Assembly: GCA_963740355.1 (NCBI GenBank)
Contig: CAVUDW010000002.1
Span: forward strand, 2,304,001 to 2,368,000
DNA: 64,000 nucleotides
From: an uncultured Gemmatimonadaceae bacterium
GTDB taxonomy: Bacteria > Gemmatimonadota > Gemmatimonadetes > Gemmatimonadales > Gemmatimonadaceae
Direction of reading: 5' to 3'
Below, piece after piece: positions 14,110-27,359 of this stretch; positions within the stretch are counted from its first letter, which is position 1, and the number at the start of each line of letters is the position of its first letter. The position numbers and the translations under genes were made by a program. The notes under the pieces were generated by a model that worked only from the letters and a program-made list of their open reading frames with translations, had not been told where the DNA came from and did not search any database.

Positions 14110-15105
14110 ATGATGCTGTCTCCCTCTGCGCCGCCCGTCGTCCCGACTCCGATCGGTGTGCTCACGGCCGGGTCGTTGCCGTCCGGCGTCGCGGAGGCCA
14201 TCGCCCGCTGGGCGCTCGAGCAGGGTCATCCCGTGATACATCTCGACGCGTCCGCGTGGGAGAGAGCGACCGTGCGAGCCGCGGCGCCGCTGCTGATCGT
14301 GCTCGGTGTCGACGGTTGCGAGGATGCGATGCGTATGGCCCTTCGCGGCCTGAAAGCGGACTCCGCGACGCACACCGTGCCGGCTCTGGTGGCGGTCGCA
14401 TCGCACAGCGCATCCGCCTGGTTGAATGCGGGCGCGGACGATGTGCTCACGGAGCGGCAGGATCGATGCGAGCTGGAATCGCGCCTCACCGCCGCCATCA
14501 CACGATCCCGTCGCGACGTGCAGGTGAATCCATCCACACGCCTGGCGGGGTCGGACGCAATCACCGACGCGATCGCCGCACGCATGGAGCGTGCTGAGGC
14601 CTTTGCCGCGTGTTACGCGGATCTCGATCACTTCAAGGAATTCAACGATCGCTATGGCTATGCCATGGGTGATGATGTGATACGGACCGTCGCTCGACTG
14701 ATCGTCGAGGTGGTCGATACTACCGCTGGCGAACACGGCTTTGTGGGGCACATTGGAGGCGACGACTTCCTCTTCCTCGTGCCGCTGGAGCAGGCCGCGA
14801 CGGCTTGCGACATGCTGGTCCGACGGGCAGATGAGACGTTGCCGCAGCGATACTCTGCAATTGATCGTCAAGCTGGCTACTTTTTCGGCAAGGATCGCCG
14901 GGGTCGACTTGATCGCGTTCCACTCATGACGCTCTCGATTGGTGTCGTCACCAACGAGCGGCGTCGCTTCACGAGTGCAGCGCAAGTGAGCGAGCTGGCG
15001 ACTGAAATGAAGACGTACGCCAAGACACTGCCCGGTTCCGTCTGGGCGATGGATCGGCGATCGGACGGCGAGTCGGCCTACCCACCCGAGGAGAAGCCTC
15101 AGTGA
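14110..15105 (+). CDS. Degenerate receiver plus GGDEF-family domain protein
   Basis: ADLDHFKEFNDRYGYAMGDDVI, HIGGDDF, TLSIGV. Confidence 0.85.
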   Translation: MMLSPSAPPVVPTPIGVLTAGSLPSGVAEAIARWALEQGHPVIHLDASAWERATVRAAAPLLIVLGVDGCEDAMRMALRGLKADSATHTVPALVAVASHSASAWLNAGADDVLTERQDRCELESRLTAAITRSRRDVQVNPSTRLAGSDAITDAIAARMERAEAFAACYADLDHFKEFNDRYGYAMGDDVIRTVARLIVEVVDTTAGEHGFVGHIGGDDFLFLVPLEQAATACDMLVRRADETLPQRYSAIDRQAGYFFGKDRRGRLDRVPLMTLSIGVVTNERRRFTSAAQVSELATEMKTYAKTLPGSVWAMDRRSDGESAYPPEEKPQ

Positions 15106-15800
15106 ACGTGACGTGTCAGGACTGTCGGTCTGTATTCCGTGTGGACCCTGCAAAGGTGCCACCGAACGGCGTCAGGGCGCGGTGCAGCGTCTGCGGTGCA
15201 ATCCTCAGGATCACGGTCGGGGCTACGACGCCGCTGACGAATCCGGCCATGACGCCACGCGCGGTCACGCCGGTTCGCACGCCGGCGGTGGCGGCGTCGA
15301 CGCCGGCCAGCATTCCAGGGATTCGGCGCACGACGCCGCTCCCGAGTGAAATGGCGGAGGTCGGCACGCCGTACCCCTCGCGGCCGACGCCCTCGGTGTC
15401 GACGGCGGGCATGGCGTCCGCGCGGCCGCTGGTGCCACCGCCACCGCCGTCGCCGGGTCAGCTCGTGAATTCGCCCCCCCCGGTGCCATCGGTGGCGCTG
15501 CCGACGCCTGCGCCAAGCGGTGACCCATCGAAGCGCGTCATCAATCCGTTCCTGCGCAGCGACCCGATGACACGCGCCAAGCGCCTCGCACGCGCGCTGG
15601 TGTCCGACATGGTGGCCTATCAGCCGCAGAAGCGTGCCGAGGGCCTGGCGAACGGGACGCTGAAGCAGCTGTTCCGCGACGAGATCCGGAAGAGCTACGA
15701 CGAGTACGTGGAGCAGGTGGGGCGCGATGTCGCTGAGTCGACCGCGTTCTTCCAGGACGCGTTGAACGAAGTGCTGGCTGAGGGGAAACGCGTCTTCTGA
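15102..15800 (+). CDS. Zinc-ribbon (MJ0042-type) protein with Pro-rich linker
   Basis: CQDC...VRARCSVC N-terminus, Pro-rich middle, helical C-terminal domain. Confidence 0.8.
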   Translation: MNVTCQDCRSVFRVDPAKVPPNGVRARCSVCGAILRITVGATTPLTNPAMTPRAVTPVRTPAVAASTPASIPGIRRTTPLPSEMAEVGTPYPSRPTPSVSTAGMASARPLVPPPPPSPGQLVNSPPPVPSVALPTPAPSGDPSKRVINPFLRSDPMTRAKRLARALVSDMVAYQPQKRAEGLANGTLKQLFRDEIRKSYDEYVEQVGRDVAESTAFFQDALNEVLAEGKRVF

Positions 15801-15864
15801 GTCGTGCAGGCATGGAGAACCCGTGCCGGTCCGGCTAACTTTGACGCTTGCGCAGCCGCGCGCC

Positions 15865-15906
15865 GAGCCGTCCTCCCGACCTCGGGGGGACGGCTCCCGT
15901 TTTTCT
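15865..15906 (+). terminator. GC-rich hairpin with T-run immediately before prfB
   Basis: GAGCCGTCCTCCCGA-cc-TCGGGGGGACGGCTC followed by ccgttttt. Confidence 0.5.
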
Positions 15907-15925
15907 CATGGCTCCATCGACGCTC

Positions 15926-17042
15926 ATGGCTGATCTCGCCCAGTTGACGACCCAACTCACCACGGATGCTGAGCGGCTCGACGAGTTGCGGAGGTATCTT
16001 TGACCTCGAGAGCCAGCGGGAACGCCTGACGGCGCTGGAAGCGCAGATGGCCGAGCCAAGCTTCTGGAATGATCAGGAGCGTGCGCAGGTCGTGGTGCAG
16101 CAGGTGAAGACGTACAAGCAGTGGGTCGAGCCCTTCGATCGCCTCGTGCGCGGCGTGTCCGATGCACGCGAACTCGTGGAGCTGCTCGAGGTCGAGCCCG
16201 ACGCCACCATGGAGGCTGAGCTGGTTCGCGACGCCGATGCAGTGCGCGAACAGATCGCCGCCTATGAATTGCGCTCATTGCTCCGCGGCCCGGACGACTT
16301 TCGCGCTGCGCAGCTCGAGATTTCCGCTGGCGCCGGTGGTACCGAAGCGCAGGACTGGGCGCAGATGCTCATGCGCATGTACACGCGCTGGGCCGAACGA
16401 AAGGGCTATAGCATCGAGATTCTCGATCTGAGCGAAGGCGAAGAAGCCGGGATCAAGGGCGCCGTGCTCGAGATCACCGGTGAATACGCCTACGGGTTCT
16501 TGCGTCCCGAGGCGGGCGTGCATCGCCTGGTGCGCATCTCGCCATTCGATTCACAGGCGCGCCGGCATACGAGCTTTGCCTCGGTGTTCGTGTATCCGGT
16601 GGTGAATGAGGAGATCAACATCGAGATTCGCGATGAAGATCTCCGGATCGACGTCTATCGCGCATCTGGTGCTGGTGGCCAGCACGTCAACAAGACGTCG
16701 TCGGCCGTTCGCATCACGCACCTTCCCAGCGGCGTCGTGACGGCCTCGCAGGCGGAGCGCTCGCAGTTCAAGAACAAGGCGACCGCGATGAAGCAGCTGA
16801 AGAATCGGCTCTACCAGATCGAGGCCGACAAGCAGACGGCCGCCAAGGCGGCGCTCGACGCCGGCAAGGCCGACGTGTCGTTCGGCAGCCAGATCCGCAG
16901 CTACGTGTTCCAGCCGTACACGATGGTGAACGATCATCGCACGGAATTGAAGATCGCCGATGTGGCGAAGGTGATGGATGGCGCCATCGATCCATTCATC
17001 GAGGCATACCTGAAGCAGCAGGGCGAGCCAGCGCAGAAGTAG
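15926..17042 (+). CDS. prfB: Peptide chain release factor 2, programmed +1 frameshift: join(15926..16000,16002..17042)
   Basis: GGAGG-TAT-CTT-TGA-C shift site at 15990-16004; SPF and GGQ motifs; alternative ATG at 15908. Confidence 0.96.
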
Positions 17043-17129
17043 GCTGCTGCACTGGCTGGACCATTACTGCGGTGGCACGCGAAGTCGATCTGCCAACAAA
17101 TCTTTCGTGATTTCTCGGGACCCAACGAC

Positions 17130-18626
17130 GTGAACAACGAAGAACTCAGCCAGGTGCTCCTCGATCGCCGCGCCTCGCTCGACCGACTGGTCTCGAGCGG
17201 CGTCGCGCCGTTCGCCTACGCCTACGATCGTACGCACCTGTCCGCAGACGCCCGCGAGTTGTTGCCCGACGGCAGCGACACCGGACCCGCCGTGCGCGTG
17301 GCAGGGCGCCTCGTGTCGTTGCGCTCCAAGGGCAAGACTGCGTTCGCGCACGTCAGCGACGCCAGCGGCAAGTTGCAGGCGTACTTCCGCAAGGATGACA
17401 TGGCGCCGGAGCAGTGGGCCGTGTTCGAGGAACTGCACCTCGGCGACATCGTCGGTGTGGCCGGCACATTGATGCGCACGCGAACCGGTGAGGTCACGGT
17501 GCAATGCACCGAGTTGACGCTGCTGGCGAAGACGCTGCGCCCGCTGCCGTTCGCGAAGGAGCAGGTCGTCGATGGTGAGGTGAAGCGATACTCGGGCTTT
17601 GCCGATCCGGAGCAGCGGTATCGCCAGCGGTATGCCGATCTTGCGGTGCATCCGGAAGTGCGCGCGAACTTTTACGCGCGTGCGCGCATGACGTCGGCGA
17701 TTCGTCGGTTCCTCGACGGGCTGGGCTACCTGGAGGTCGAGACGCCGGTGCTGCAGCCGCTCTATGGCGGGGCCGCGGCGCGTCCCTTCACGACGCACCA
17801 CAACGCCCTCGACATGCCGCTGTACCTGCGCATTGCCGACGAACTGTATCTCAAGCGACTGATCGTTGGCGGCTTTGATCGCGTGTATGAAATCGGGCAC
17901 GACTTCCGCAATGAAGGCATCGACCGGACGCACAACCCGGAGTTCACGATGCTCGAGTTCTACGAGTCGTACGCGGACTACAGCGTGATGATGGATCGCG
18001 TCGAGCAGCTGATCGTGGCCGCCGCGGACGCGGTGCGGAGCACGCCTGGTATCGACGCTGATTCGGTGCCGGCGTTCACGACGCCGTTCCGGCGCATCGA
18101 GTGGGTGCCGTCACTGAGTGCAGGGCTCGGCCGCGACGTGCTGGCGATGACGGATGGAGAGCTGGTCGAGGCGGCGAAGGGCCTCGGCGTCGAGAAGCCG
18201 CAGACGCTCAGCCGCCCGAAGCTGATGGACGAGCTCTTCCAGGCACTGGTCGAGCGCACGATCACCACGCCGACGTTCGTCCTCGACTATCCCGTCGAGT
18301 TGTCGCCGCTGGCGAAACCGAAGCGCGGCAACCCGGCACTCACGGAACGATTCGAGCTGTTCGCGGACGGCCGCGAGATGGCGAACGCGTTCTCCGAGCT
18401 CAACGACCCCATCGACCAACGCCAGCGGTTCGAAGCGCAGGCGCGCCTCAAGGCGGCCGGTGACGATGAAGCGACCGGCGTCGACGAGGACTACCTGCGT
18501 GCGATGGAGTACGGCATGCCGCCCACTGGCGGCGTCGGCATCGGGATCGATCGATTGCTGATGTACCTGACCGGCACACAGCATATCCGCGACGTGATCC
18601 TGTTCCCCGCGATGCGCCCCGAATGA
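17130..18626 (+). CDS. lysS: Lysine--tRNA ligase (class II)
   Basis: RYRQRYADL, GGAAARPFTTHHNALD, FRNEGIDRTHNPEFT, YGMPPTGGVGIGIDR. Confidence 0.98.
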   Translation: MNNEELSQVLLDRRASLDRLVSSGVAPFAYAYDRTHLSADARELLPDGSDTGPAVRVAGRLVSLRSKGKTAFAHVSDASGKLQAYFRKDDMAPEQWAVFEELHLGDIVGVAGTLMRTRTGEVTVQCTELTLLAKTLRPLPFAKEQVVDGEVKRYSGFADPEQRYRQRYADLAVHPEVRANFYARARMTSAIRRFLDGLGYLEVETPVLQPLYGGAAARPFTTHHNALDMPLYLRIADELYLKRLIVGGFDRVYEIGHDFRNEGIDRTHNPEFTMLEFYESYADYSVMMDRVEQLIVAAADAVRSTPGIDADSVPAFTTPFRRIEWVPSLSAGLGRDVLAMTDGELVEAAKGLGVEKPQTLSRPKLMDELFQALVERTITTPTFVLDYPVELSPLAKPKRGNPALTERFELFADGREMANAFSELNDPIDQRQRFEAQARLKAAGDDEATGVDEDYLRAMEYGMPPTGGVGIGIDRLLMYLTGTQHIRDVILFPAMRPE

Positions 18627-19876
18627 CGCGACTCGAGGTTGCCATCGCGTGGCGCTACCTGCGCAGCCGCCGCGGATCGCAGCTGCTGAGCCTCATCAGC
18701 GTGATCGCGATGGGTGGCGTGGTGGTAGGCGTGAGCGCGTTGATCCTCGTGTTGGGCGTGATGAATGGGCTGCAGAAGGACTTGCGCGACAAGATCCTCA
18801 TCGGCAGCCCGGACCTGCGTGTGCTCACGGTCGGTGATGACCTGACCATGACGGATTGGGAAGCGACGCTGAAAAAGGTGCGCGCCCAGGCCGGTGTGGT
18901 GTCTGCGCAGCCGTTCGTGCTCAAGGACGCGATCATCACCAAGGGCAACGATTACGCCGAGCCAGTGAAAGTCGTCGGGCTGCCGGCTGCAGTGCCGGGG
19001 TCGCCCGATGTGACGCAGATTCGCAAGTTCGCACGCAGTGGTGACTTCACGTTCAAGGTCAGTGATGACTCCTCACGCGGTATCGTGATCGGGCAGCGCC
19101 TCGCTGAACGGCTGAATGCGTGGCCAGGTCAGACGCTGGTGTTGCTCACGATCCCCGGCAGGCTTCAGCTGTCGAATGCCATGGGTGGATTCGTACCGGT
19201 CGTGCGGAAGTACGTCGTGACCGGCGTCTTCGAGACGGGCATGTACGAGTACGACAGTGGCTATGCCTACATGGAGCTCTCGTCCGCTCAGGACCTGGCG
19301 GGCCTCGGCGCGCGGGTGACGGGCATCGATGTTCGAACGCCTGATCGGTACCAGGCGCCGGTGGTCGCGCAGCAGCTGGCGACCATGCTCGGTTTCCCAT
19401 ACCGCACCATCGACTGGCAGGAACAGAATCGCTCGTTGTTCCAGGCGCTCAAGCTGGAGAAGCTCGCGATGGGTGTGATCCTGCTCCTGATCGTCCTCGT
19501 CGCCGCGTTCAACATCGTGAGCACGCTGACGATGGTGGTGACGGACAAGACGCGCGAGATCGGGATCCTGAAGGCGATGGGCATGCCGTCGGCCACGATT
19601 CGCCGCATCTTTCTCTGGCAGGGTGCCGCCATCGGATTGGTTGGCACTGGGCTCGGCGTGGCACTGGGCCTGCTGGGCGCGCTCGCACTGACACGTTTCC
19701 GATTGATCGAACTGGATCCGTCGGTGTATTTCATCGATCGACTGCCGATCCAGATCGCGCCGTGGGATGTCTTCTGGATCGTGGTCGCGAGCCTCAGCAT
19801 CGCGATGCTCGCAACGCTCTGGCCTGCGCGACAGGCGTCACGGCTCTTCCCGGTGGAGGCGATACGACATGAGTGA
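18623..19876 (+). CDS. lolC: Lipoprotein-releasing ABC transporter permease LolC/E
   Basis: IAWRYLRS, VLGVMNG, VAAFNIVSTL, KTREIGILKAMG. Confidence 0.92.
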   Translation: MTRLEVAIAWRYLRSRRGSQLLSLISVIAMGGVVVGVSALILVLGVMNGLQKDLRDKILIGSPDLRVLTVGDDLTMTDWEATLKKVRAQAGVVSAQPFVLKDAIITKGNDYAEPVKVVGLPAAVPGSPDVTQIRKFARSGDFTFKVSDDSSRGIVIGQRLAERLNAWPGQTLVLLTIPGRLQLSNAMGGFVPVVRKYVVTGVFETGMYEYDSGYAYMELSSAQDLAGLGARVTGIDVRTPDRYQAPVVAQQLATMLGFPYRTIDWQEQNRSLFQALKLEKLAMGVILLLIVLVAAFNIVSTLTMVVTDKTREIGILKAMGMPSATIRRIFLWQGAAIGLVGTGLGVALGLLGALALTRFRLIELDPSVYFIDRLPIQIAPWDVFWIVVASLSIAMLATLWPARQASRLFPVEAIRHE

Positions 19877-20666
19877 CGCCTTCGATGCTGATGGGCTGGT
19901 AGTGGACACCGGGACACCCGCGGTCACGATCCCCGTGCAGGGCACGCCGGTGGCGGTGACCGGCGCTCCAGTGCTCGAGGCGATCGACGTGGTGAAGGAG
20001 TACACCAGCGGCGATGGCTCCAAGCTGCGCATTCTGGATGGTGCATCGCTCACGATCCATCGTGGCGAGATGGTGGCGATCATCGGGGAAAGTGGCGCGG
20101 GCAAGAGTACGCTGCTGCACATTCTCGGTGCGCTCGACCAGCCGTCATCTGGCGAGGTGCGCATCGCCGGCAAGGCGGTGCCACGCGCGAGCGAGGAAGG
20201 CCTGGCTGAAGTGCGGAATCGCTCGATCGGCTTCGTTTTCCAGTTTCATCACCTGCTGCGCGAATTTACGGCGCTCGAGAATGTGATGATGCCGCTCATG
20301 ATCGCCGGCAGTCGGCCATCTGCGGTGCGGGGACGTGCGCTCGAGTTGCTCGGCGCCGTTGGACTGGCGGCACGTGCAGATCATCTGCCGTCGCAGCTCT
20401 CCGGTGGTGAGCAGCAGCGCGTGGCAGTCGCGCGGGCGCTGGCGCCGAATCCGGCACTGTTGCTGGCCGATGAACCGTCGGGGAATCTCGATCGTGGGAA
20501 CGCGTTGCGCATGCACGAGCTTTTTTCCACACTGGCCTCGACGCATGGTGTAGGTGTGGTGGTCGTGACGCACAACCGCGCGCTTGCTGCGCGCGCGAAT
20601 CGAGTGCTCCTTCTGGATGGTGGACGTGTGGTCGAGTCGTCAGCGATGGCGGAGGAGGTGGGCTGA
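19869..20666 (+). CDS. lolD: Lipoprotein-releasing ABC transporter ATPase
   Basis: GESGAGKSTLLH, GFVFQFHHLL (LolD motif), LSGGEQQ, ADEPSGNLD. Confidence 0.92.
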   Translation: MSDAFDADGLVVDTGTPAVTIPVQGTPVAVTGAPVLEAIDVVKEYTSGDGSKLRILDGASLTIHRGEMVAIIGESGAGKSTLLHILGALDQPSSGEVRIAGKAVPRASEEGLAEVRNRSIGFVFQFHHLLREFTALENVMMPLMIAGSRPSAVRGRALELLGAVGLAARADHLPSQLSGGEQQRVAVARALAPNPALLLADEPSGNLDRGNALRMHELFSTLASTHGVGVVVVTHNRALAARANRVLLLDGGRVVESSAMAEEVG

Positions 20667-21154
20667 TGGTCTGCGATTCATGCCGTGAGCGAGATGCGGT
20701 CGTGCACCTGACGCAGGTGGTCGATGGTGCCGTCACGCAGGTGCACCTGTGCGAGAAGTGCGCGGCTGACAAGGGCGTCGAGACCACCGTGGCGGCACCG
20801 AAGACGCCGCTCACCTCGTTGCTGCAGACGGTTCAGCAGCAGCTCGCCACCGGACAGTCGGACCAGACCCGCTGCTCGTTCTGCCAGGCGACGTACAAGG
20901 ACTTCCGCGCCTCGGGCCGGCTCGGTTGCGCGCGATGCTACAGCGCGTTCGAGCCCCAGCTGCGCGACCTGCTGCAGCGTGTCCACGGGGCCACGCGACA
21001 CACCGGTCGCCAGTACGGTCCGCCGGCGCCGGACCAGTTGCAGAGAGCGTCCACCGTGCTCGAGCTGCGCGAGCAGCTGCGGCGGGCCATCGAGCTGGAG
21101 CAGTTCGAGCAGGCGGCGCGGCTCCGGGACCAGCTGAAGGAGGTGGCCGAATGA
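20666..21154 (+). CDS. mcsA: Protein-arginine kinase activator McsA
   Basis: Four CxxC motifs, GRLGCARCY, C-terminal UVR domain EQFEQAARLRD. Confidence 0.92.
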   Translation: MVCDSCRERDAVVHLTQVVDGAVTQVHLCEKCAADKGVETTVAAPKTPLTSLLQTVQQQLATGQSDQTRCSFCQATYKDFRASGRLGCARCYSAFEPQLRDLLQRVHGATRHTGRQYGPPAPDQLQRASTVLELREQLRRAIELEQFEQAARLRDQLKEVAE

Positions 21155-22236
21155 TCGACTTTTCCTTGTTGCCGGATGGCGGGACGCGCTGGCTCGACGG
21201 TTCGGGCGAACATCCGGAGGTCGTCCTCTCGACCCGGGTACGCCTCGCCCGCAATGTCGAGGGCTTTGCCTTCACGACGCGAGCCAGGGACGGCGAGCGG
21301 CTCCGCGTGCTGGGGCAGCTCCGCGATGCCATGCCGAAGGTCGGCTCGCTCCGCGGCGGTGTCATCCTTCGCGTGGATGAGCTGGCCACGCCCGACCGTC
21401 AGCTGCTGCACGAGCGACACCTCGTGAGCAAGGAGCTGGCAGGTCTCGACGGCTCGCTCGCCGTTCGGACAGGTGCGGCACTGGTGCTGGCCGACGACGT
21501 TAGTGTGATGGTCAACGAGGAGGATCACCTGCGGTTGCAGGCGATGCGTTCCGGATTTGACCCGCTCGGGGCCTTTGGGGCCGCCACGGCGCTAGATGAT
21601 GAGCTCGGTAAGTACGTGCCGTACGCCTGGCATGGTGAGTTCGGCTTTTTGACCGCGTGCCCGACCAACACCGGGACGGGGTTGCGGGCGTCGGTACTCA
21701 TTCACCTGCCGGGGCTGGTACTGACGAAGGAGATTTCGAAGGTGCTGGCGGGGCTCCAGCAGATGGGGCTGACCTATCGGGGTTTGTACGGCGAGGGTAG
21801 TGAGGTGGTTGGGAACTACTTCCAGATCAGCAACCAGACGACACTCGGGAAGAGTGAGGTCGAGTTGCTGGATCAGCTGTCGCGCGTCGTGCGCCATGTA
21901 GTGGAGCGCGAAGAGGAAGCTCGGCATGTACTGCTGCGTGATGCCGGGTATATCATTGAAGACAAGCTGTGGCGGGCGTACGGGACGTTGCGGTATGCAC
22001 GGAGTCTGACGTTCGACGAGGCCATGAACTACCTCAGTGGTGTCCGGCTCGCGCTGAGCCTGAAACTCCTGAGTTCACCGAGTGTCTATACGCTCAACAA
22101 GCTCCTGATTCATTGCCAGGCGGCACATGTGGCCCAGTACGATGGACGGGCGACATTGTCGGATGGTGATGCCAGCGTGGCGCGTGCACGGTTTGTCCGG
22201 GATGCACTCGCTGCCGACGTAGGATCGCACGGATGA
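21151..22236 (+). CDS. mcsB: Protein arginine kinase McsB
   Basis: STRVRLARN, VNEEDHLR, LTACPTNTGTGLRAS, QISNQTTLG. Confidence 0.95.
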   Translation: MIDFSLLPDGGTRWLDGSGEHPEVVLSTRVRLARNVEGFAFTTRARDGERLRVLGQLRDAMPKVGSLRGGVILRVDELATPDRQLLHERHLVSKELAGLDGSLAVRTGAALVLADDVSVMVNEEDHLRLQAMRSGFDPLGAFGAATALDDELGKYVPYAWHGEFGFLTACPTNTGTGLRASVLIHLPGLVLTKEISKVLAGLQQMGLTYRGLYGEGSEVVGNYFQISNQTTLGKSEVELLDQLSRVVRHVVEREEEARHVLLRDAGYIIEDKLWRAYGTLRYARSLTFDEAMNYLSGVRLALSLKLLSSPSVYTLNKLLIHCQAAHVAQYDGRATLSDGDASVARARFVRDALAADVGSHG

Positions 22237-22267
22237 TCGGCCACCGACTGCCGAACCAGAGGTCAGC

Positions 22268-24781
<2,514 letters not shown>

Positions 24782-24819
24782 CAGGCGGCGGTGCCCTCCG
24801 GAACGGGCGTTCCGTGAAA

Positions 24820-24854
24820 CAGCCGGTCGGGTCGCGGGTAGACCCGACCGGCTG
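24820..24854. other. Perfect 14-bp stem-loop between clpC and bamA (no T-tract)
   Basis: CAGCCGGTCGGGTC / GACCCGACCGGCTG. Confidence 0.6.
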
Positions 24855-24876
24855 ACCCGTTACATTTTCCAAGCTT

Positions 24877-27336
24877 ATGCCCGTTTTCCGTCATTCCGCG
24901 GCTGCCATCGTGGCCGCTGTTCTCTGCCTGCCCTTCTCGCGCGCCTCGGCGCAACAGGAGGGCCCGGGCCCGTGCGCCCTCCCCGACTCGATCGTGGTGG
25001 AGGGCAATCTGCGCGTGAAGAACGACCAGATCCTGTCCGATGCCGAACTCGCGACGGGAGTAGCGCTGAACTTCAAGACTGTCCAGAGGGCCATCAAGCA
25101 GCTCTACGCGACAGGCAGCTTCAGTGATGTCCAGATCGGCTGTCGGGTGCATGACGGCCCGCCGATCCTTGCCAGCATCGTGGTCCGCGTCACCGAGCGG
25201 CCGCTGCTGGGCGACGTGGATGTCGTCGGCGGTGATCGCATCCCGACGCGCACGTTGAAGGACAAGGTCGACCTGCTCATCGGTCGCCCGGTCGATGCCG
25301 CCCTGGTCGCCAAGACGAAGCAGCGCATCGACTCGATCTACGAGGCCGCTGGGTTTTACCTCGCCCGCGTGACCGTTGATACGACGATGCTGGGAGACCA
25401 GCGCGCCAAGGTGACGTTCCGGGTCGAGGAAGGCCGCCGCCTCGCCGTCAGCGGCGTTCGCGTGGCCGGACTGAAGAATCTTGCGCCGGCCGACGTGGTC
25501 GCCACGATGAAGACCAAGCCGGAAGGGTTTCTCTGGTTCCGGAAGGGTGAATTCGACGAGGACAACTTCGCCGGCGACCTCACTGAGCGCATTCCGGAGT
25601 TCCTCGGCAAGCAGGGCTTCATCGACGGCGTCGTCGAGCGCGATACGCTGATCGTGGACCGTGAGCGCGGCAAGGGATTGATCGAGCTCTCGATTCGTGA
25701 AGGTCCGCGCTACAGCCTCGGAACCTTTGAAGCGCTTGGCAATCGCCGCTTCTCGAGTGAGGAAATCCAGCGCCTGTATCCGTTCCAGCCGCAGTCGATT
25801 TCGCTCACCGAGCGCGCCAAGTTGCTGCTGCGCCGTCGTGGGCCGTCACTGCCGCCGAACACCTTCGATCAGGGGCGCTGGGACGAAGGCACGCGCAAGG
25901 TGCAGACGGCGTACAGCAACGAGGGCTACATCTACGCTCGCGTGCGTCCGATCGTCGATCGCGACTCGACCGGTGGCAAGCACGTGGCCAACCTGCGTTG
26001 GGAGATCGAGGAAGGGCAGCCGGCGATCGTGAATCGTGTCGAAATTCTCGGCAACGATCACACCGTCGAGAGCTGCATTCGTAACGCGCTGTTGATCGTG
26101 CCGGGCGACGTGTTCAACCAGGATCGCCTCGTGCGCTCCTACCAGAACATCGCCAACCTCGGCTTCTTCGAGACGCCGGTGCCGAATCCAGACACGCGGC
26201 CGGACTCGACGGGCGATGTCGACATCATCTTCCGCGTGAAGGAAAAGCAGACCGGCAACGTGAACTTCGGCGCCTCAGCGGGTCAGGGCCTCGGCGTCGG
26301 CGGGTTCATCGGTCTGCAACAGCCGAACCTGTTCGGTCGCTGCAAGTCGGGCACGGTGAATTGGAACTTTGGTCGCTACCAGAACAACTTCCAGCTCTCG
26401 TACACCGATCCACAGATCCGCCTCTCGCAGGTGTCGGGCACGCTGAGCGCGTATCGCACGCAGAACCGCTACCAGAGCATCGGCGGTTTCTCGAATTTCA
26501 ACGGTGGCTACGGCCAGCCGATTCAGACTGGCGCCAGCCTGCAGTTCGGCTTCCCGATGCCGCGTTCGCCGTACACACGCCTCTTCCTCAGCTACGGCCT
26601 GGAAAGTGTGCGCTACGGTTCGTCCGGGTTGCTTGGCTCGCTCGCGTCACAGTTCACGGGCTCGAACATTCGTAGTTATGTCGGCGCCACGCTCGGGTAC
26701 GACACGCGAATCGACTTGCCGTTCGCCTCGGCAGGCGCGCAGCGCACGTTCACTGCGCAGTTCAACGGGCTTGGTGGTACGTCGCGATTCCAGCGCTACT
26801 CCATTGACCTGAAGAACTACGCAACGCTGACGCAGTTTGGCGGGTCGAAGCCAGGGTCACAGCCGATCAAGGTCGTTGCCGGCCTCACCGTGCGATCTGG
26901 CGCCGTGCTCGGAAACTCCGGAGCGTTCCGCTACACCCAGCAGTTCAACATGGGTGGTGTGCAGTTCGGCGAGCCGCTGCGCGGGTATCCCGAGTTCTCG
27001 ATCACTCCGGACGGCTACCTGCCGGACGCCAGTTCGAATGCAGCGGCGTACACGAATCCTGGCGCTGCCTTCTTCTCGAGCACGGCGGAAGTCGGTATCC
27101 GCTTCAACTCGATGTTCTACGTGAATGGGTTCTTTGACGCGGGCAATGTGTATCGCCGCGTGCAGCAGTTCGACCCGACCCGGCTCTTCCGAGGCACGGG
27201 CATCGGTTTGTCCACCGTGACACCGCTTGGGCCGCTTGGGCTTGACTGGGCCTACGGTATGGATCGTGTGGACAGTTTCGGCCGCCCGGCACCCGCTTGG
27301 CAGCTGCATTTCCGCCTCGGCGGTCAATCGTTCTGA
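24877..27336 (+). CDS. bamA: Outer membrane protein assembly factor BamA
   Basis: Signal peptide, POTRA repeats, LRGY motif, TPLGPLGLDWAY, terminal F. Confidence 0.95.
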   Translation: MPVFRHSAAAIVAAVLCLPFSRASAQQEGPGPCALPDSIVVEGNLRVKNDQILSDAELATGVALNFKTVQRAIKQLYATGSFSDVQIGCRVHDGPPILASIVVRVTERPLLGDVDVVGGDRIPTRTLKDKVDLLIGRPVDAALVAKTKQRIDSIYEAAGFYLARVTVDTTMLGDQRAKVTFRVEEGRRLAVSGVRVAGLKNLAPADVVATMKTKPEGFLWFRKGEFDEDNFAGDLTERIPEFLGKQGFIDGVVERDTLIVDRERGKGLIELSIREGPRYSLGTFEALGNRRFSSEEIQRLYPFQPQSISLTERAKLLLRRRGPSLPPNTFDQGRWDEGTRKVQTAYSNEGYIYARVRPIVDRDSTGGKHVANLRWEIEEGQPAIVNRVEILGNDHTVESCIRNALLIVPGDVFNQDRLVRSYQNIANLGFFETPVPNPDTRPDSTGDVDIIFRVKEKQTGNVNFGASAGQGLGVGGFIGLQQPNLFGRCKSGTVNWNFGRYQNNFQLSYTDPQIRLSQVSGTLSAYRTQNRYQSIGGFSNFNGGYGQPIQTGASLQFGFPMPRSPYTRLFLSYGLESVRYGSSGLLGSLASQFTGSNIRSYVGATLGYDTRIDLPFASAGAQRTFTAQFNGLGGTSRFQRYSIDLKNYATLTQFGGSKPGSQPIKVVAGLTVRSGAVLGNSGAFRYTQQFNMGGVQFGEPLRGYPEFSITPDGYLPDASSNAAAYTNPGAAFFSSTAEVGIRFNSMFYVNGFFDAGNVYRRVQQFDPTRLFRGTGIGLSTVTPLGPLGLDWAYGMDRVDSFGRPAPAWQLHFRLGGQSF

Positions 27337-27359
27337 TCTTTTTCCTGGTGGAGTCTGCA

